From Neocallimastix sp. 'constans' (Eukaryota), in the NCBI GenBank assembly GCA_050613775.1, contig JBODTK010000158.1, positions 310,001 through 374,000 on the forward strand: a stretch of 64,000 nucleotides of DNA, written 5' to 3'. The notes beneath the pieces were generated by a model. That model saw only the letters and a program-made list of their open reading frames with translations, did no database searches and was not told where the DNA came from. The first letter of the stretch is position 1. The number at the start of each line of letters is the position of its first letter. Position numbers and translations under genes: made by a program. Below, in pieces: positions 1-17,595 of the stretch.

Positions 1-800
1 ATAATAGAAAGGAGTATAAGAATAAAAGAATTATAAAATGCTGTAATAACAGTGGAGTTAGTAAAATTTTTATAACTCCATAAAACCCCAGATAAACAGT
101 TTTGCCTAAAGGTTTAATCACACTATTAATAATAGATCAAGTACGATATAATACATGGCAAAATTTAGTAAATTTATGAGATTTCTTCATTATTTATGTA
201 ACCTATTTTTATAGCATTACCTCACATTCTAGATACACAACAAAATCCAAATAAATTATTTTGAAAAACAAATATTAACTAAAGTATCTCATATTATAAA
301 AAAAGAAATAGTAAAAAAGTCGAACTAAAATCCAAGAAAGGAATCTTATTAGGTATAGATTTAAACAAACAGTTATATAATTATGGTTATTTTCAGCAAG
401 AGAGTTAAATTTATTAGAGAAGCAATCTTTTATGAAGGCATTCCTGAAAACTAAAAAATAAATAATTATAATAACAACTTGAATAATACCAATTAGTCAA
501 AACAAATAAGTATCAAGAAAATTAACATTTACAGTGTTGATGATTACTATAATAATAATCATAATACTAACAATGAAAATAATCATAATGAAAATAATCA
601 TAATAATAATATGTCTAATTTTAAAAGTATTGAAAACGGTTAAGTAAACAAAAAACTAAAACGCATTTCTATTAAATATTGTTTTAATTGAAATAATTTA
701 AAAAATTATATATATATTATTTTAAAATATATAAACAAATTGACGAAATGCTTACAGATGAGCTAACTAAAAAACGTCGATGGATCCAAAATAGAAAGTT
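1..800 (+). pseudogene. Degenerate Ty1/copia pol remnant (integrase C-terminus and RNase H fragments)
   Basis: Broken frames give KGILLGID (~338-360), IREAIFYE (~413-437), KRISIKY (~660-680) and EMLTDELTK (~745-771). These resemble copia KGIFLGY, SRDVxFDE, KHIDIRY and MLADxLTK motifs. Many stops and frameshifts; ends approximate. Confidence 0.55.
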
Positions 801-1198
801 TATAAATCTCTATATACTTTATAAAGAATTACATTTTTTATATTTATAAATTTTTTTTATTCAAATATTATAAATTTATATCTCTTAAGCAAAAATTTTA
901 AATGGGAATATTAGCAATAAGCAAATTAATTTAGAGTTATTTATACTAATTAGTGTATAAGTAATATTCTAGCAATAAATTTATAATTATTAGCTATAGA
1001 TATGCATACTTGATTTATAATAAAAAGACACATTTAATAATATAAATATCATATATTTTAACATATTTAATCATTATAATTACCTTTTTATTATTCAATA
1101 ATAATAAATAAATTTTGTATATTTTAATCATATTTAATATAACAATATATTAATAAATTTTTACACTTAATTTTTATTTATTTGTAATATTTAACTAA

Positions 1199-1316
1199 CC
1201 CTTTCGTATATGGCTTATTTTTTAATAATTAAATAAATAATATTCAATTGTAAAAATCCCTTTCGTATATGGATTATTTTTTAATAATTAAATAAATAAT
1301 ATTCAATTGTAAAAAT
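1199..1316. repeat. 59-bp tandem duplication
   Basis: CCCTTTCGTATATGG.TTATTTTTTAATAATTAAATAAATAATATTCAATTGTAAAAAT occurs twice, head to tail. Confidence 0.85.
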
Positions 1317-2009
1317 AATTTTTTATAATTCTTTTTTAATAGAATCATTTTTCTTTATTATTAAATTATATATTTAAATATGTTTATTATATTTTTATTA
1401 TTTATTATTTATATATTTAATTATTTAATTATTTATATATTTATGACTGAATAGAATATTTTAAAAACGTATGGCTTTATTTTAAAATATTTATAAACCA
1501 TATTGCGAAATGCATGCATCACATACTTATTATTTAGGGTTAGAATAATGAATTTTAATAAATAAAGTGAAATGAGGATCCTGAATTTCTCAATGTGGCG
1601 TATAAAATATTTTAAATAAAAATTTCTATTTCCCTTCAATTATAATATAGATGATTATTGAAATTTTTTTGATATTCTTCAACTCAACCTTCGAAATTAA
1701 ATAAAATTTATATTTCTACTATTTAATTTAATTTATTTTATCTCTTATTCTATTTTATTTTATTCAATCTGTGCTTTATATATCTACTATTTAATTTAAT
1801 TTTATTTATTTATTTGCAAAATATATAATTAAATAATATAAAAAGATTGATAGACAAATAATGCAATGAATTATCATTAAATATTTTACGATTTTAATTT
1901 AAATATAAAAATTATGTATTAATTTTAATAAATATTTTAGCATAAAGTAATGATATTACTTGAAAAAAAAAATATATATACAAAAAATTATAAATAATAA
2001 TAATAATAT

Positions 2010-2058
<49 letters not shown>

Positions 2059-5000
2059 TATATTAAATTAATTGTTTTTATTCAGAATACATTATTTTTA
2101 AATATGTTTTGTCTTCTTCAAATTAAAGGAATCAATAAATATATAATATTTTTAAATGTTAATATGACAATAAAGATAATCATTGTTGTTACGAATTCGA
2201 ATTTATTTAAAATACTTTTTATCAATATTTAATAAAGAAGGTACTTTTATATACTTTTATATACTTTTATTATTTTTTGAATTGTTATTTAATATATTTA
2301 TATTTTTTTTTAATTAGTATTTTTTGAATTTTAATAAAATTATAGTATTTTTATTTTACTATCATTCTTATTTCATTTTTTATATAAAAATCAAATATAA
2401 ATATATATTTTAAACAAAATAAATAGCTATTGAATTATCAAAGCTATTAAATTCCTAATTTTATATTTGTAATATCTTCATACAATACTTTTCAATTTCT
2501 AAATTATTTATTTTAATTATATATGTTAAATAATATTTAATTATTTTTATATAGATTTTTAATATTTGTTAATAATTATTTTTATTATAAGTTCTAAACC
2601 AATTTAGTAAATTTTAAATAACTTATTTATATATTTATTAATTATTAAAATTAAATATTATTTATAGTACTAATAAATTTTATATTATAATTTCAATAAT
2701 TAAAAATATCATTTAATTGTATTAAAAATTTATTTTATTTCTTTTTATTTTTTTTATATATTATATTTATATATCAATTTTAATTATAATAAAAAAACAA
2801 AGAAGATACATTTCGAATATTTTAATATAAACAAAATATATATTTATCATATATTAATTAGTATTTATATTTTTTAATTTATTACATTAATTTTTATTTT
2901 TGTGGTGGTTATATTTATAAATATATTAAATAATTGCATATATTAAAATTATACTAACAGGTTAAAGAATATATAATATATATAATACTAAAATATTACC
3001 TTGTGTACTATTATAATATATTATTCCATTTTAATAAATTAGTAAATTATTTACTAATGTACATTATTAATTATTAATATGTATTGGTAAATATATATTT
3101 CATATATACTATATTGCTATAAAAATTCAAAAATTATAATTCTAAAAAAGTTTAATATATAATATTTATTATTAAATCTTAAGTTCTCATTAATTTAATA
3201 TTAAATCATTTTTGAGAAAAAAAAACGTTTTTAATTTAATTTAATTTTAATTTTAATAATTAATAAAAAAGCAATTAATAATTAAAAATAAAAATAAATA
3301 TAAATAATAATAATAAATATAAATATTAAAAAAATTATAAAATATATTATAAATGATAGTAAATATAAATATATAATGATAAAATAAATTTTATAATAAT
3401 AGCAATATTTTAATTAATCAAGAAATTAGAATTTACCATTATAATAATTATAAAATAATAAAAAACTAGGTAAATAGTAATAATATAAAATTAAAACATC
3501 CACAAGTAAAACATCAAAAAAAAAAAGATACTTAAAGATTATAATAAATATAGTTATATAATAATATTAAAAAAAATAATTAACAAAACTAATAAAAAAA
3601 TAATTATTTAATAAATAATAAATAATAATAATATTAATAATAATATATTTATCCTAATATATATATATTAATTTTATATATAATAAATAAATTTATCCAT
3701 TTACTTTTAATAATACTTTTAAAATTTTAATAAAATAAATAAAAATATTAAATTGATTTTTTTAATATTTATAATTATAATTTTTAATAATTAGTATTAA
3801 ATTTATTAATAAATCATTATTCGAAAATTAATGATAGTAATTTATTAATAATTAAGATTTAAATAAGATTTTAATAAACTAATCAAGATATAAAATATAT
3901 ATGCTAAATTACATAATTATTATTTATTTTATATATGCATATATATATATTTTTTTATCTTTTTGTAATTTAGAAATAATTATTTTTAATATTATATTTT
4001 CTTTGTTTAATAATTATGATGGAATCTATATAATTCAACTATACGAAATTTAATTTTTTTACATTTATTAATATAAATGAAAGTAATAATTAAATTTAAT
4101 ATTTTAATAATATATATTATAAAAAGAGGAAAATTCAATAATAAACATATTAATAAAATAATTATAAAATAACAATAACAATATATTATAAAATACAATT
4201 AAATTGATAGAGTAAGAATATAATTATTTCAGTAATTGTTTGATATTTGAAATATAATTAATTGATTAAATTATTTTCCTTTATCTATTATAAAGTAAAT
4301 ATTTGAAATATAATTAGTTAACTAATTTTTTTTCTCTCTTTTATCTGTTTTAATATAAAGATTAATATTGATTTCAATTCAGTAATTAATTTTTATTAAT
4401 TTTTCCTTTTATCTATTATAATATAAATATTGATTTCAGTTCAGAAATTAAATTTTTATTTTATTATATTATTTTAAAAAAAGGTAATATATTATTATTA
4501 TAGTATTATTTTATTCTATAACAATTTTTATTTTACTTTTTTAAAATGTGAATATAAAAAAATGATAAAAAAGTAAAATTATATTTAATTTCAAAAGTGA
4601 GATAACTAATTAATTATAATAAAATATTATTCTTATGAAATTTAAAACATAATATTAAACTATCAAATTCTAAACCTTTTTAAATATATACAAATATTTA
4701 TACTTAATACTTAATATATTTATATATATATATTAAAAATATATTACAAATACTTAAAAATGTTTTTTATATATTTTATTAATAAAATTTAACTTAAAAA
4801 AATTAATTATAATTATTTTTTTTGTTATAAAATATATATTATAGATATTTTTTAAAAAAAATATAAGAGATAAGTTTACTCATTAATATTCAACAAAGGA
4901 AATTTTTCTATTAAAAATAATTATATATATATATTTTATTTAATAAAAAAAGAAAAATCTATAAAGGATATATATATAAAATTTTACAGTTTAATTTAAT

Positions 5001-5278
5001 GTTAAAAAAATGAATAATATATTTTAGAAATTTAACGACTTTATTATATAGTCAAATAAGAAAAGTTTTAAGAATAAGTTATTTTTAATTCTACAAATAT
5101 ATTATTAAACTAAATTATTAAAATTATTTATTGAAGGTATAATTTAATTTAATTTTAAAAGTAAAATTTATAATATATATTTTATATAGTATATATAACT
5201 TATTTTTAAATTTAGAATTTATTATTTAACAAATAGAGTATAAATAATTAAAATATTCAATATTAAAAAAAAAAAAAC

Positions 5279-5310
<32 letters not shown>

Positions 5311-5461
5311 AATAATCAATATATATATTTAGATAAATTATTTATTTTAATTAGAAGTATTAAAATAAGAAATTGAAAATTTAGTAATAATAATAATAAT
5401 AAAAAAAATAATATAAAATAAAATAAAATATATATATCAATCAATAAATAAAATATTTAAC

Positions 5462-8400
5462 ATGAATATTGAATTACCAGTAGCAATAAACGTACGTACT
5501 AATACAGAATCTGTATATCAGCAATGCTTAAAATTAATTGAAAAGATTTATCCTTTAGATGGATTCCCTGAAATACTATTTCCAGATAATGACTATTCAA
5601 AAATATCAGATCCTGTAAAAATTATATGGGATATGTGTCGTTTAGGTTATCCCCTTTGTCTATTATATAATTTACTTAAACCTTCTACACCGTTAGAAGT
5701 TAAACAAGGTGATAATATGTCAAAAAATAATGCTTCAAAACGTAGTGTTTTTCTTTTTATTCAAGCATGTCGTACAGATTTAAATATTCCAGAGGATGAA
5801 CTTTTTAAAATTACTGATATTTTTAAAGAGGATACTAATTTGTTTGTTAAAGTAGTAAATGTATTAAATATACTTATAAAAGCAATAGAGGATAGAGGTT
5901 ATTATCCGCAAAATGTTAAGCCATTGCCATTTAATATTCCAAATTCGGATGAAATAGAATCTCCAAAAGATAATCGAGCGAAATTAGTAGCAGAATTATT
6001 AAACACAGAAAGAGCTTATGTACAGGATTTAGAAAGATTACATGTAATTATAAATATATATAAATATATATTTATATAAGTATTTTAAATTATATATTTA
6101 TATATAAAAATAAAATAATAAAATAACTTATATATTATATTAATTATTATATATATTATAATCAATATTATTAATAAATATATATATTATAATCAATATT
6201 ATTAATAAATATATATATATATTTTCTATTCTTTTTTCTATTCTTTTTTATTTTATTTTTATATTTTTATTGTTGTTGTTCTTATTCTTATTATCTAATA
6301 TATCTACATTTAATAAGAACTATCAATTAGAAGCCGAATCAAAAATATTAAGTAAAGAAGATTCAATAATTCTTTTTTCAAATTTAGGGGAACTATTAGA
6401 TTTTCAAAGAAAATTTTTAATTCATATGGAAGCTGCTCTTGCAGTCCCAACTCAGGAACAGCGTATTGGTAATCTTTTTTCTTCAATGGAAAGTGGTTTT
6501 GGAGTTTATCAAATTATTTGTGCTAATCAAGATAAAGCAGCAAAATTTGCATTAGAGAATTGTGATGCTTTAATGCCGTTAGCAAATGTAATGGAACCAA
6601 AATATGAGTTACCTTCTTATTTAATCAAACCAGTACAAAGAATTTGTAAATATCCATTATTATTAAATGAATTAATGAAATACGATACCAAAGCTGGACA
6701 TCCATATTGCCACGAATTACAACATGGTCTAGATGCAATTAAAAGAGTTACTGAGCTAACCAATGAAATAAAACGTCAAGAAGAAAATGAAGTTCTAACA
6801 GAAGAATTGAAGAATAATATTCAAGATTGGAAAGGTGTAAAAATGAATGAATTAGGTCTTTTATTATTACGAGGCAATTTTACTATATCTATAGGTGAAA
6901 ATGAACGTGAGTATGTATTATATTTATTTCAAAACATGCTTTTATGTTGTCAGGAAAAAAAGAAAAAAGGAAAGACAAAGGTTACATATAATTTAAAGGG
7001 TAGTATATATATATCCTCAATTACAAGAGTTAGTAAAGCTGCTAATACTGCAGCAATTGCTAGTGATACCTTATTTGCTTTGAAGATTTATTGGAGTGAT
7101 AAGGTAGTTAATCAATGTTTTATTCTTAAATGCATTAATGAAGAACAAATAGATCGCTGGGTTTCTCAATTTGAAAAATTAATTGAAATTGAAAAACGAA
7201 AGAAACAAAGTTCTTCAAGAAAAGAATATTATGATTATGATAATCATTTTGTTTCAAGAGTTAATCAAGTAGAAGGAATGTTTATAGATGAAGAATCTGA
7301 TAATAAATCTGTACATACTACATATAGTATGTATAATAAATCATCAACTAGAAATCAAAGTATACCACCACCTCCTAAAAATCTTAGTAGGTCTAAGTCA
7401 CAACCAAACATTTTTAATATTACTGGTAATGATTTTAGAATGAAAAATCAAGATGTTCCACCTGTACCCTCTTTCCCACATGATTTTTCTTATAATAAAA
7501 ATACAAATAATAATTATGGATCTTCTCCAATAAATATATCTAATCCTTCAACAGGTCCATATTCTTCAAGCTTTTCACCAACCGGTAGTAATAATAACTC
7601 TATGATGAATCGTATGAATTATAATAGAGAAAGTAGTACTCAAGGTATAGTTGCCCCTCAACGTACAATTAGTAGTAATGTTAAACATAATAAATCATTA
7701 AATAATCTAAATTTAAGACATTATCCTAAATATAACGAAGGTTAGTTTATTATTAAATCTATTTAATATATATATTTTTTATTTTTTTTTTTTTTTAAAA
7801 TTATATTTATATATATTCATTATTAAAAAATTTTAATTTATTTTATTTCATTTAAATATATTAATTCTAATTAATTAATATAATATTAAATTTTTATTTT
7901 TATTTTTATTTTTTTTTTTTTTTTTAATTTTATTTTATTTTATAATATATAATATATATATTTAATTTTATTTTAAATTTTATTTTAAATTTTATTTTAT
8001 TTTATTATATATATATTTTATTAAAGATGAATTCAATTCTAGACCAAAATCACCTTCGAGTCAATCATTTAGATCGAAATCACCCACCCCAAGTCTATCA
8101 TTTAAACCACAATCAACGCCACTTCCTCCTACTCCTCCTTCGAATACTGGTAGACCATCATTATATCATTCTAAATCAAGTACTAATATAAATGAAGATA
8201 ATTCTACAAATAATCCTCCAAAAATTCCAGAAAGAAAAGTTTCTTCAGCTCATCAAAATAAATCCAAACCATTAAAAATAAATATTGAAGATTATTCGAG
8301 TTCTAGTAGAAAATATGGTTCATCAAAAACTTCTGAAAGTTATACTGATGATATACCGTCTTTATCACCAAAGTCATCAAATTCAAATAATTTAAGTTCA

Positions 8401-10095
8401 TCAATTAATGATCATGAACCAATTTCACCAAGTTCATCTTATTTTTCTAGTAGAAACAGATACCCAAATGGAAATTCTTATTATAAATCAATACCATCTA
8501 ATAAAAGAAGCGATTATAATGGAGAAACTAATTCTTATAAGAGTATGAATGAGTTTAACAATGGAAATAATGGAAATAATAATAGTGATGAACCTAATAT
8601 GTATAATGGAAGAAGGAGTGAATATAGTAATGAAGGTGTTGAATATGAAAGAAATAGAACACGTGAAAGAAATAGAAATAGAGACCCAAGAGATTTAAGA
8701 GACCTGAGAGATCCTCAAAGAGATTCAAGAGATACAAGGGATACAAGAGATACAAGGGATACAAGAGATACAAGGGATACAAGAGATCCGAGAGACTTAA
8801 GAGACTCAAAAGACTCGAAAGATTCAAGAGATTCAAGGGATCAAAGAGATTCAAGAGATTCAAGAGATCCAAAAGATCCAAAAGATTCAAGAGACCCAAG
8901 AGACCCAAGAGATCCAAAAGATTCAAGAGACCCAAGAGACCCAAGAGATTCAAGAGATTCAAGAGACCCAAGAGATCCAAGAGATCCAAGAGATCCAAGA
9001 GATCCAAGAGATCCAAGAGATCCAAGAGATCCAAGAGATCCAAGAGATCCAAGAGACCCAAGAGACCCAAGAGACCCAAGAGACCCAAGAGACCCAAGAG
9101 ACCCAAGAGATCCAAGAGATCCAAGAGATCCAAGAGACCCAAGAGATCTAAGAGATCTAAGAGATCTAAGAGATCTAAGAGATCTAAGAGATCCAAGAGA
9201 TCCAAGAGACCCAAGAGACCTAAGTCCAAGAGATAAACCATTGAGAGAAAGAACAGGATATGATAGACCAGATTTAGAAGATTATGAGCGATATGGAAGA
9301 AGGCATGATTTTAGAGAAGAAGATGGTTACAATAGAGCTAATAATAGATCTAGATCACATCCAAGAAATCCAAATCCTTTATATAGAACTCCATCAAACT
9401 TTAATTCTCAATCTTTACCTCAAGATTCTGGTAATTTTGATAAAGATAGATCAAAACCATTAAACAATGAGAGAATGTTAAGAAATCAATCTTCGGTATC
9501 TAGTTTATCTTATGAAATGAAAAAGGATAACAGTTCTAGTTCCAATTCTTTAATAAATGGAAATTCTAATGTAAGTTATTCTAATTCACCAAGATTACGT
9601 CCTTCTCCTCCAAGTACTCCAAAATCTCGACCCTCTAATTCAAATCTTTCATCAAAATTGAATAATATGAATATTAAACGACCATCTACTCCATTAAGTT
9701 CTAATGTTACATCAAATAATTATAACAGTAATAATAATGAATATAATACTAATAATACCAATAATAGTGACAAATATCGTTCTAATTTTACCAAAATTAA
9801 GGTTAACTATAAGGATCAAGAATTTATAATACCTGCTCCAAGTAATGGTTTAACCTATCGTGATCTTCTTTCAAAGATTGAACGTAAGATTCGTCTAAAT
9901 GATAGGGGTATAAATGATAATAGACCTTTACGTATACGCTATAAGGATGAAGATGATGATTATGTTACTGTAGTTAATGATGCTGATATTAATTTGGCAT
10001 TTGAAATTTCAAATAAAATATGGAAGTCTAATAAGGAGTTAAATAATGATTCGATGTCTAGTATGTTTGTTAATCTCTTTGTTGATAGAAAATAA
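5462..10095 (+). CDS. CDC24: Cdc24/Scd1-type Cdc42 guanine nucleotide exchange factor (CH-DH-PH ... PB1), 3 exons, ~1357 aa
   Basis: Exons 5462-6043, 6318-7740 and 8027-10095 join in frame through GT..AG introns. CH domain ([21 protein letters not shown]), DH ([28 protein letters not shown]), PH ([10 protein letters not shown]), C-terminal PB1 ([14 protein letters not shown]). Confidence 0.93.
8680..9222 (+). repeat. Coding 9-bp minisatellite, ~60 units encoding (R/K-D-x)n with x = P/L/S/T
   Basis: AGAGATCCA/AGAGACCCA/AGAGATTCA/AGAGATCTA units in frame in CDC24 exon 3. Confidence 0.95.
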
Positions 10096-10692
10096 CGAAA
10101 AAAGATAAAAAAATGAATAAATATAATTATTATTATATTATGTTTATATATATAATCAATAAGTAAATGAATTTTAATTTATCCTATCAACATATCAACA
10201 TAATAATATATTTTAATTACTTAATTCAAATATTTATATATAATTAAAATATATTTAAAAGAATATATATATATATTCAACATTAATTAAACAAAATCAG
10301 TAATTACAACAACACCAAAAAAAAAAAAAAAAAAGGAAAAAGAAAAATATAAAATGAAATAATATATATATATGTAATATCGTTGTTAATCAAAATATTT
10401 ATTTTTTTTTTTTTTTTTTATTCTTTTTTGATTTTACATATATATATATATATATATTAATAATATTTTTTTTTTAATAATTGAATTTTTATATTACTAA
10501 ATTAGGTTGTGAAATGTGAAATTTAAAATTTAGATAGTTATAAAATATATAATTTTTTCTTTTTCTTTTTTGATAGTAGTAATACTAATAGTAATTCTAT
10601 AGTAGTACTAATAGCAATACTCACACAATAGTAATAATAATTAAATATATAAGATATATGACATAAAATAATAATAAGCAAACAAACAAAAC

Positions 10693-10736
<44 letters not shown>

Positions 10737-11127
10737 GTGAAAACTTAAACAAAACGAAGGAATATTATTAATTATTAGATTTAATTTCATTAAAAAAAGG
10801 AAAATTATTTATTTATTTTATAATATTATATATTTCATTTTCGCTTTTTATAATAATTAAATATTAATAATTAATAATAATAATATTATAAAAATAACAA
10901 TAATAATAACAACAACAACAATAATAATAATAATAATAATACAATAATTTAATATAATAAATGAAATTTTATAATATATATTTATTAATGACAAATTTTT
11001 TGAAATATATATACTTTTAATTTTTTTTTTTTTTTGTTTTTAAATAATATATAAATTTGGAATACAGGTTATAGGAAATAGAAATATATAAAAAATATGA
11101 TATTTTAATTATACGAATATTTTAATT

Positions 11128-11200
<73 letters not shown>

Positions 11201-11596
11201 TTATTTATATTTTATGATGGTAACAGTTATTTATTATTATATAGAATTTTTTATTTATTTTTATTTTTTTATTTTTTTATTATTTTTTTTAAATTATATT
11301 TTTATTTTTTATTATTTTTTTTTTAAATTATATTTAACTATTATTTTTATTATTTTTATTATTAATTATTATTTTATTTCATTTTAATTTTTTTTATTTG
11401 ATTATAAATTATAATGGTTAAATTGTAATAATAATAATAATAATAATATAAAAATAAAGATAAATAAAAAATAAAAAATAAAAACTATTTTATATTTAAA
11501 ATATTAATTATTAATTGAATATATATTAATCTTAAAATTAACATTAAAAATAATAATAGAAAAAAGAAATGTGAAAATATCTATTAAAAAAAAAAA

Positions 11597-13960
<2,364 letters not shown>

Positions 13961-15433
13961 AGTGTTTTAATAAATGTCTTTTATTATTAAAGAAACTTTT
14001 AAATTTAATAACACTTTTATTTTTTTTTCCTTTTTTGGTTTTAAATTTTAATTCATGTATTTGATTAAAACATGTATCAACTGTTTTTATATAATTATAA
14101 TTTATAATTTATATATATTTTATATATGATATTTTTTTTTCCTGATATAAATAATAATATATATAATGAATATAGTTAGAAATTTTAATAATTAAATTAT
14201 AATTAATTTATGATATAATTGTTTTATTATTATATATATCAATTGAAGGATTAATTTTTCGATAGAATTGATATTATTTCTATTTTATGTTATTATTTAA
14301 GGCTTTATTGTTGTTTTATTTTGAAAATATTTTTATATATTTTTTATTAAATGTATTATTGATTTCTAAATCTTTTAAATTTTATTGTAAATACATTTTA
14401 AATGCTCTATTTTGATTTATGAATATATATATATATATAAAATACTGAAATTTTAAATATGAATTTCAGTTTATATTCTTTATATAATTATAAATGAATA
14501 AAAGTAGATAGTAATATTTTATTCCAATAATGAAATTATTCAATGAAATGATTAAAAATATTTTTATTAATATTATTTTATAGTTTTGTTTATTAATATA
14601 TTTGTTATTATTTTCTTGCTTATTTGCTATTGGTTTTTATTTAATACATCGTATAAAATCATTTTTTATTAATGAATAAATTTTATAAAATAAATAAATA
14701 ATATATTATTACTAACTTTTATATATAAAAGTATAATTTTGCAATTCTATATTTTATTATTACTTTATATAAAAAAAAAAAAAAAAAAGATATATATTTT
14801 GTTTTGTTTTAGATAATAAAAATTATAAAAAGGTTTTTGAAATAAAGTTCCACAAATATTTTTATTTTATTATATTGTAACATATATTTTAATATAAATC
14901 TCAAATTAATAAAGTATATATATTTTTATATATGTAAATAGATTCATTAATTTATGAAAAAGTATTGTATGTAATAATTCTTTTACTATTATTAATAATT
15001 AAGTTCTTAATTCTTTTGCATATTTTTAATTTGATCATTATAATGAAATATTTCAATTTTGAAATAATTTTATAGCAATATGATATTTTTTAAAAATAAT
15101 TTCAAAATGAACTTTTAAGCAAATTAATATATATTTTTGATAAAATATTTTCTTTATATTATCATTATTAAATTAAATCATCAAATTATAATGTTTTAAT
15201 TGTTAAATATTTAAAACTTCTTTAATAATATAATTAATAAGGATGATTAAAATTAATACAATTATAATAAAAGTGAATAATTTATTTATTTATTTTTTTT
15301 TTCATAAAAATATTGTTATATATTTATTTTTGGTTTAAATAACTGCTTGCTATTTATGTAAACTACAATAATAATAATCAATTATATATCATTTGAATTA
15401 TATTGCATATATAATAAAATAATGAAAAGTAAA

Positions 15434-15640
15434 ATTTTTATTTTTTAATTTTTATTTTATTTTTTAATTTTTATTTTATTTTTTAATTTTTATTTTATTT
15501 TTTAATTTTTATTTTATTTTTTAATTTTTATTTTATTTTTTAATTTTTATTTTATTTTTTAATTTTTATTTTATTTTTTAATTTTTATTTCATTTTTTAA
15601 TTTTTATTTTAATTTTTATTTTTTAATTTTTATTTTTATT
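15434..15640. repeat. ~21-bp AT-only minisatellite
   Basis: Repeated TTTTATTTTATTTTTTAATTT units. Confidence 0.75.
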
Positions 15641-15644
15641 TTAT

Positions 15645-15686
<42 letters not shown>

Positions 15687-16015
15687 GGATTATATTTGCT
15701 GGTAATTGTTATTAAATTTGAGTGTATAATTAAGAGCTTTTTTATTTTTTTTCAAAAAAAAAAAATATTAAAATATGATGATATTTTATATTATAACATC
15801 TTAGATTTTTATGCTTTAAAAAAATATAAGGATTTGTTATCATTTTTATTTTTTAAAATATTAAAAAAAAATATTTAATATCATTATATGTATAAATAAT
15901 TAAAAAATTAATATATATAATAATATTATTATTTTTCTCTATATATTTATTAAATATTATCTATTATTAACAGATGAATAAAAATTTAAAATTAAAGAAA
16001 TTTGTATATATAAAT

Positions 16016-16176
16016 AAATTTCTGTAATTTATAAAAATAAATAAAAAAAAAAACTCGAAAATGAATAATAAATAAATATTTACATATCTTTAAAATAATT
16101 TCTGTAATTTATAAAAATAAATAAAAAAAAAAACTCGAAAATGAATAATAAATAAATATTTACATATCTTTAAAAT
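16016..16176. repeat. ~79-bp tandem duplication
   Basis: TTTCTGTAATTTTATAAAAATAAAT...CTCGAAAATGAAT...TACATATCTTTAAAATA occurs twice. Confidence 0.85.
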
Positions 16177-16341
16177 ATAAGTTCATCAAATATTATATAT
16201 TATATTTAATATAAAAATTAAATGAATAGAATAAATTTAATCTATAATATAGAAAGAAAATTTTTAAAAAAAAAATAAAATTATAATATATTCAAATTTC
16301 TGTGATGAAAAAAAAATATATATATAAATTAAAATGAAATT

Positions 16342-16580
<239 letters not shown>

Positions 16581-16827
16581 ATAATATAAAATTTTTAAAA
16601 TGAAAAATATAAAATTTAATGATATACATTTAAAATACATTTTACATTGTATACATACATGATAATATAAATTATATATTTTTGTATTTTTCATTATATG
16701 TAGTTTTATCCAATCATTTTCATTCTATATCATGATTGGTATTTTTAATTTTTCTATAATGAAACTGAATAACCGATGTAATACAGTTTTTCCTTCCTCT
16801 CTCTCAATAATTTGTGTAAACTGAATC

Positions 16828-17595
16828 ATGGTAAATTATGTTAAAAAATAATAGATGAATTGATGGATTGGGTTTAGAATGATATGAATGTTTAAATTGT
16901 TTAATAAACAGTATAATTTTTAATATTTTTTCTTATTTGTTTAATATGTAAATGTTATTGAAATGACACATATATGTTTTGAATAAACTATGTCTTTTTG
17001 GTAACAGATGGATGCAAATAATGTTTTGATATATTATAATATATATTATTATATAATTAATATATAATAATATATATTATGAATGTTGTATATTATGAAT
17101 ATAATGAAATTAAATATGTTATTGCAAAGATAAATATTAAAATTATTATTATTATTATATTGACTAGACCCAAAAAAGAAGAAATAACGGACGTAACAAG
17201 CACGGTCGCGGACATGTTAAATTTGTTCGTTGTGCCAACTGTGCCAGATGTGTTCCAAAGGATAAGGCCATCAAAAGATTCTTAATTAGAAATATGGTTG
17301 AATCCGCCGCTATTCGTGATATTAGTGAAAACTCCGTTTACGACAGTAAATATCAGTATAAATAAATAATTTGAATTGAAATTATTATTAATTTTTTTTT
17401 AAATATGTAATTTCAATATAATATAAAGATGTTGTTCTTCCAAAACTCTACATTAAGATGCACTACTGCATTTCTTGTGGTATTCACAGTCACATTGTCC
17501 GTGTCCGTTCCCGTGACGGTCGTCGTAACAGAGCTCCACCACAAAGATTCAGATTCAACAAGGACGGAAAGAAGGTCACTCCAAACAAGGCCTAA
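16828..17595 (+). CDS. RPS26: 40S ribosomal protein eS26, 3 exons, 115 aa
   Basis: Exons 16828-16830 (ATG only), 17168-17345 and 17429-17595. [39 protein letters not shown]...[25 protein letters not shown] is the eS26 zinc-binding signature. Confidence 0.97.

Noticed and set aside
1433..4198. Short ORFs 1433-1639 and 4007-4198 (also 15696, 18712, 33221)
   Set aside because: Low-complexity I/K/F/Y/N composition expected by chance in AT-rich intergenic DNA; no motifs.
8594..9241. 215-aa Leu-rich minus-strand ORF
   Set aside because: Antisense shadow of the CDC24 9-bp repeat.
16831..17167. Intronic C/D-box snoRNA in RPS26 intron 1
   Set aside because: No convincing RUGAUGA/CUGA pair with a terminal stem was found by eye.
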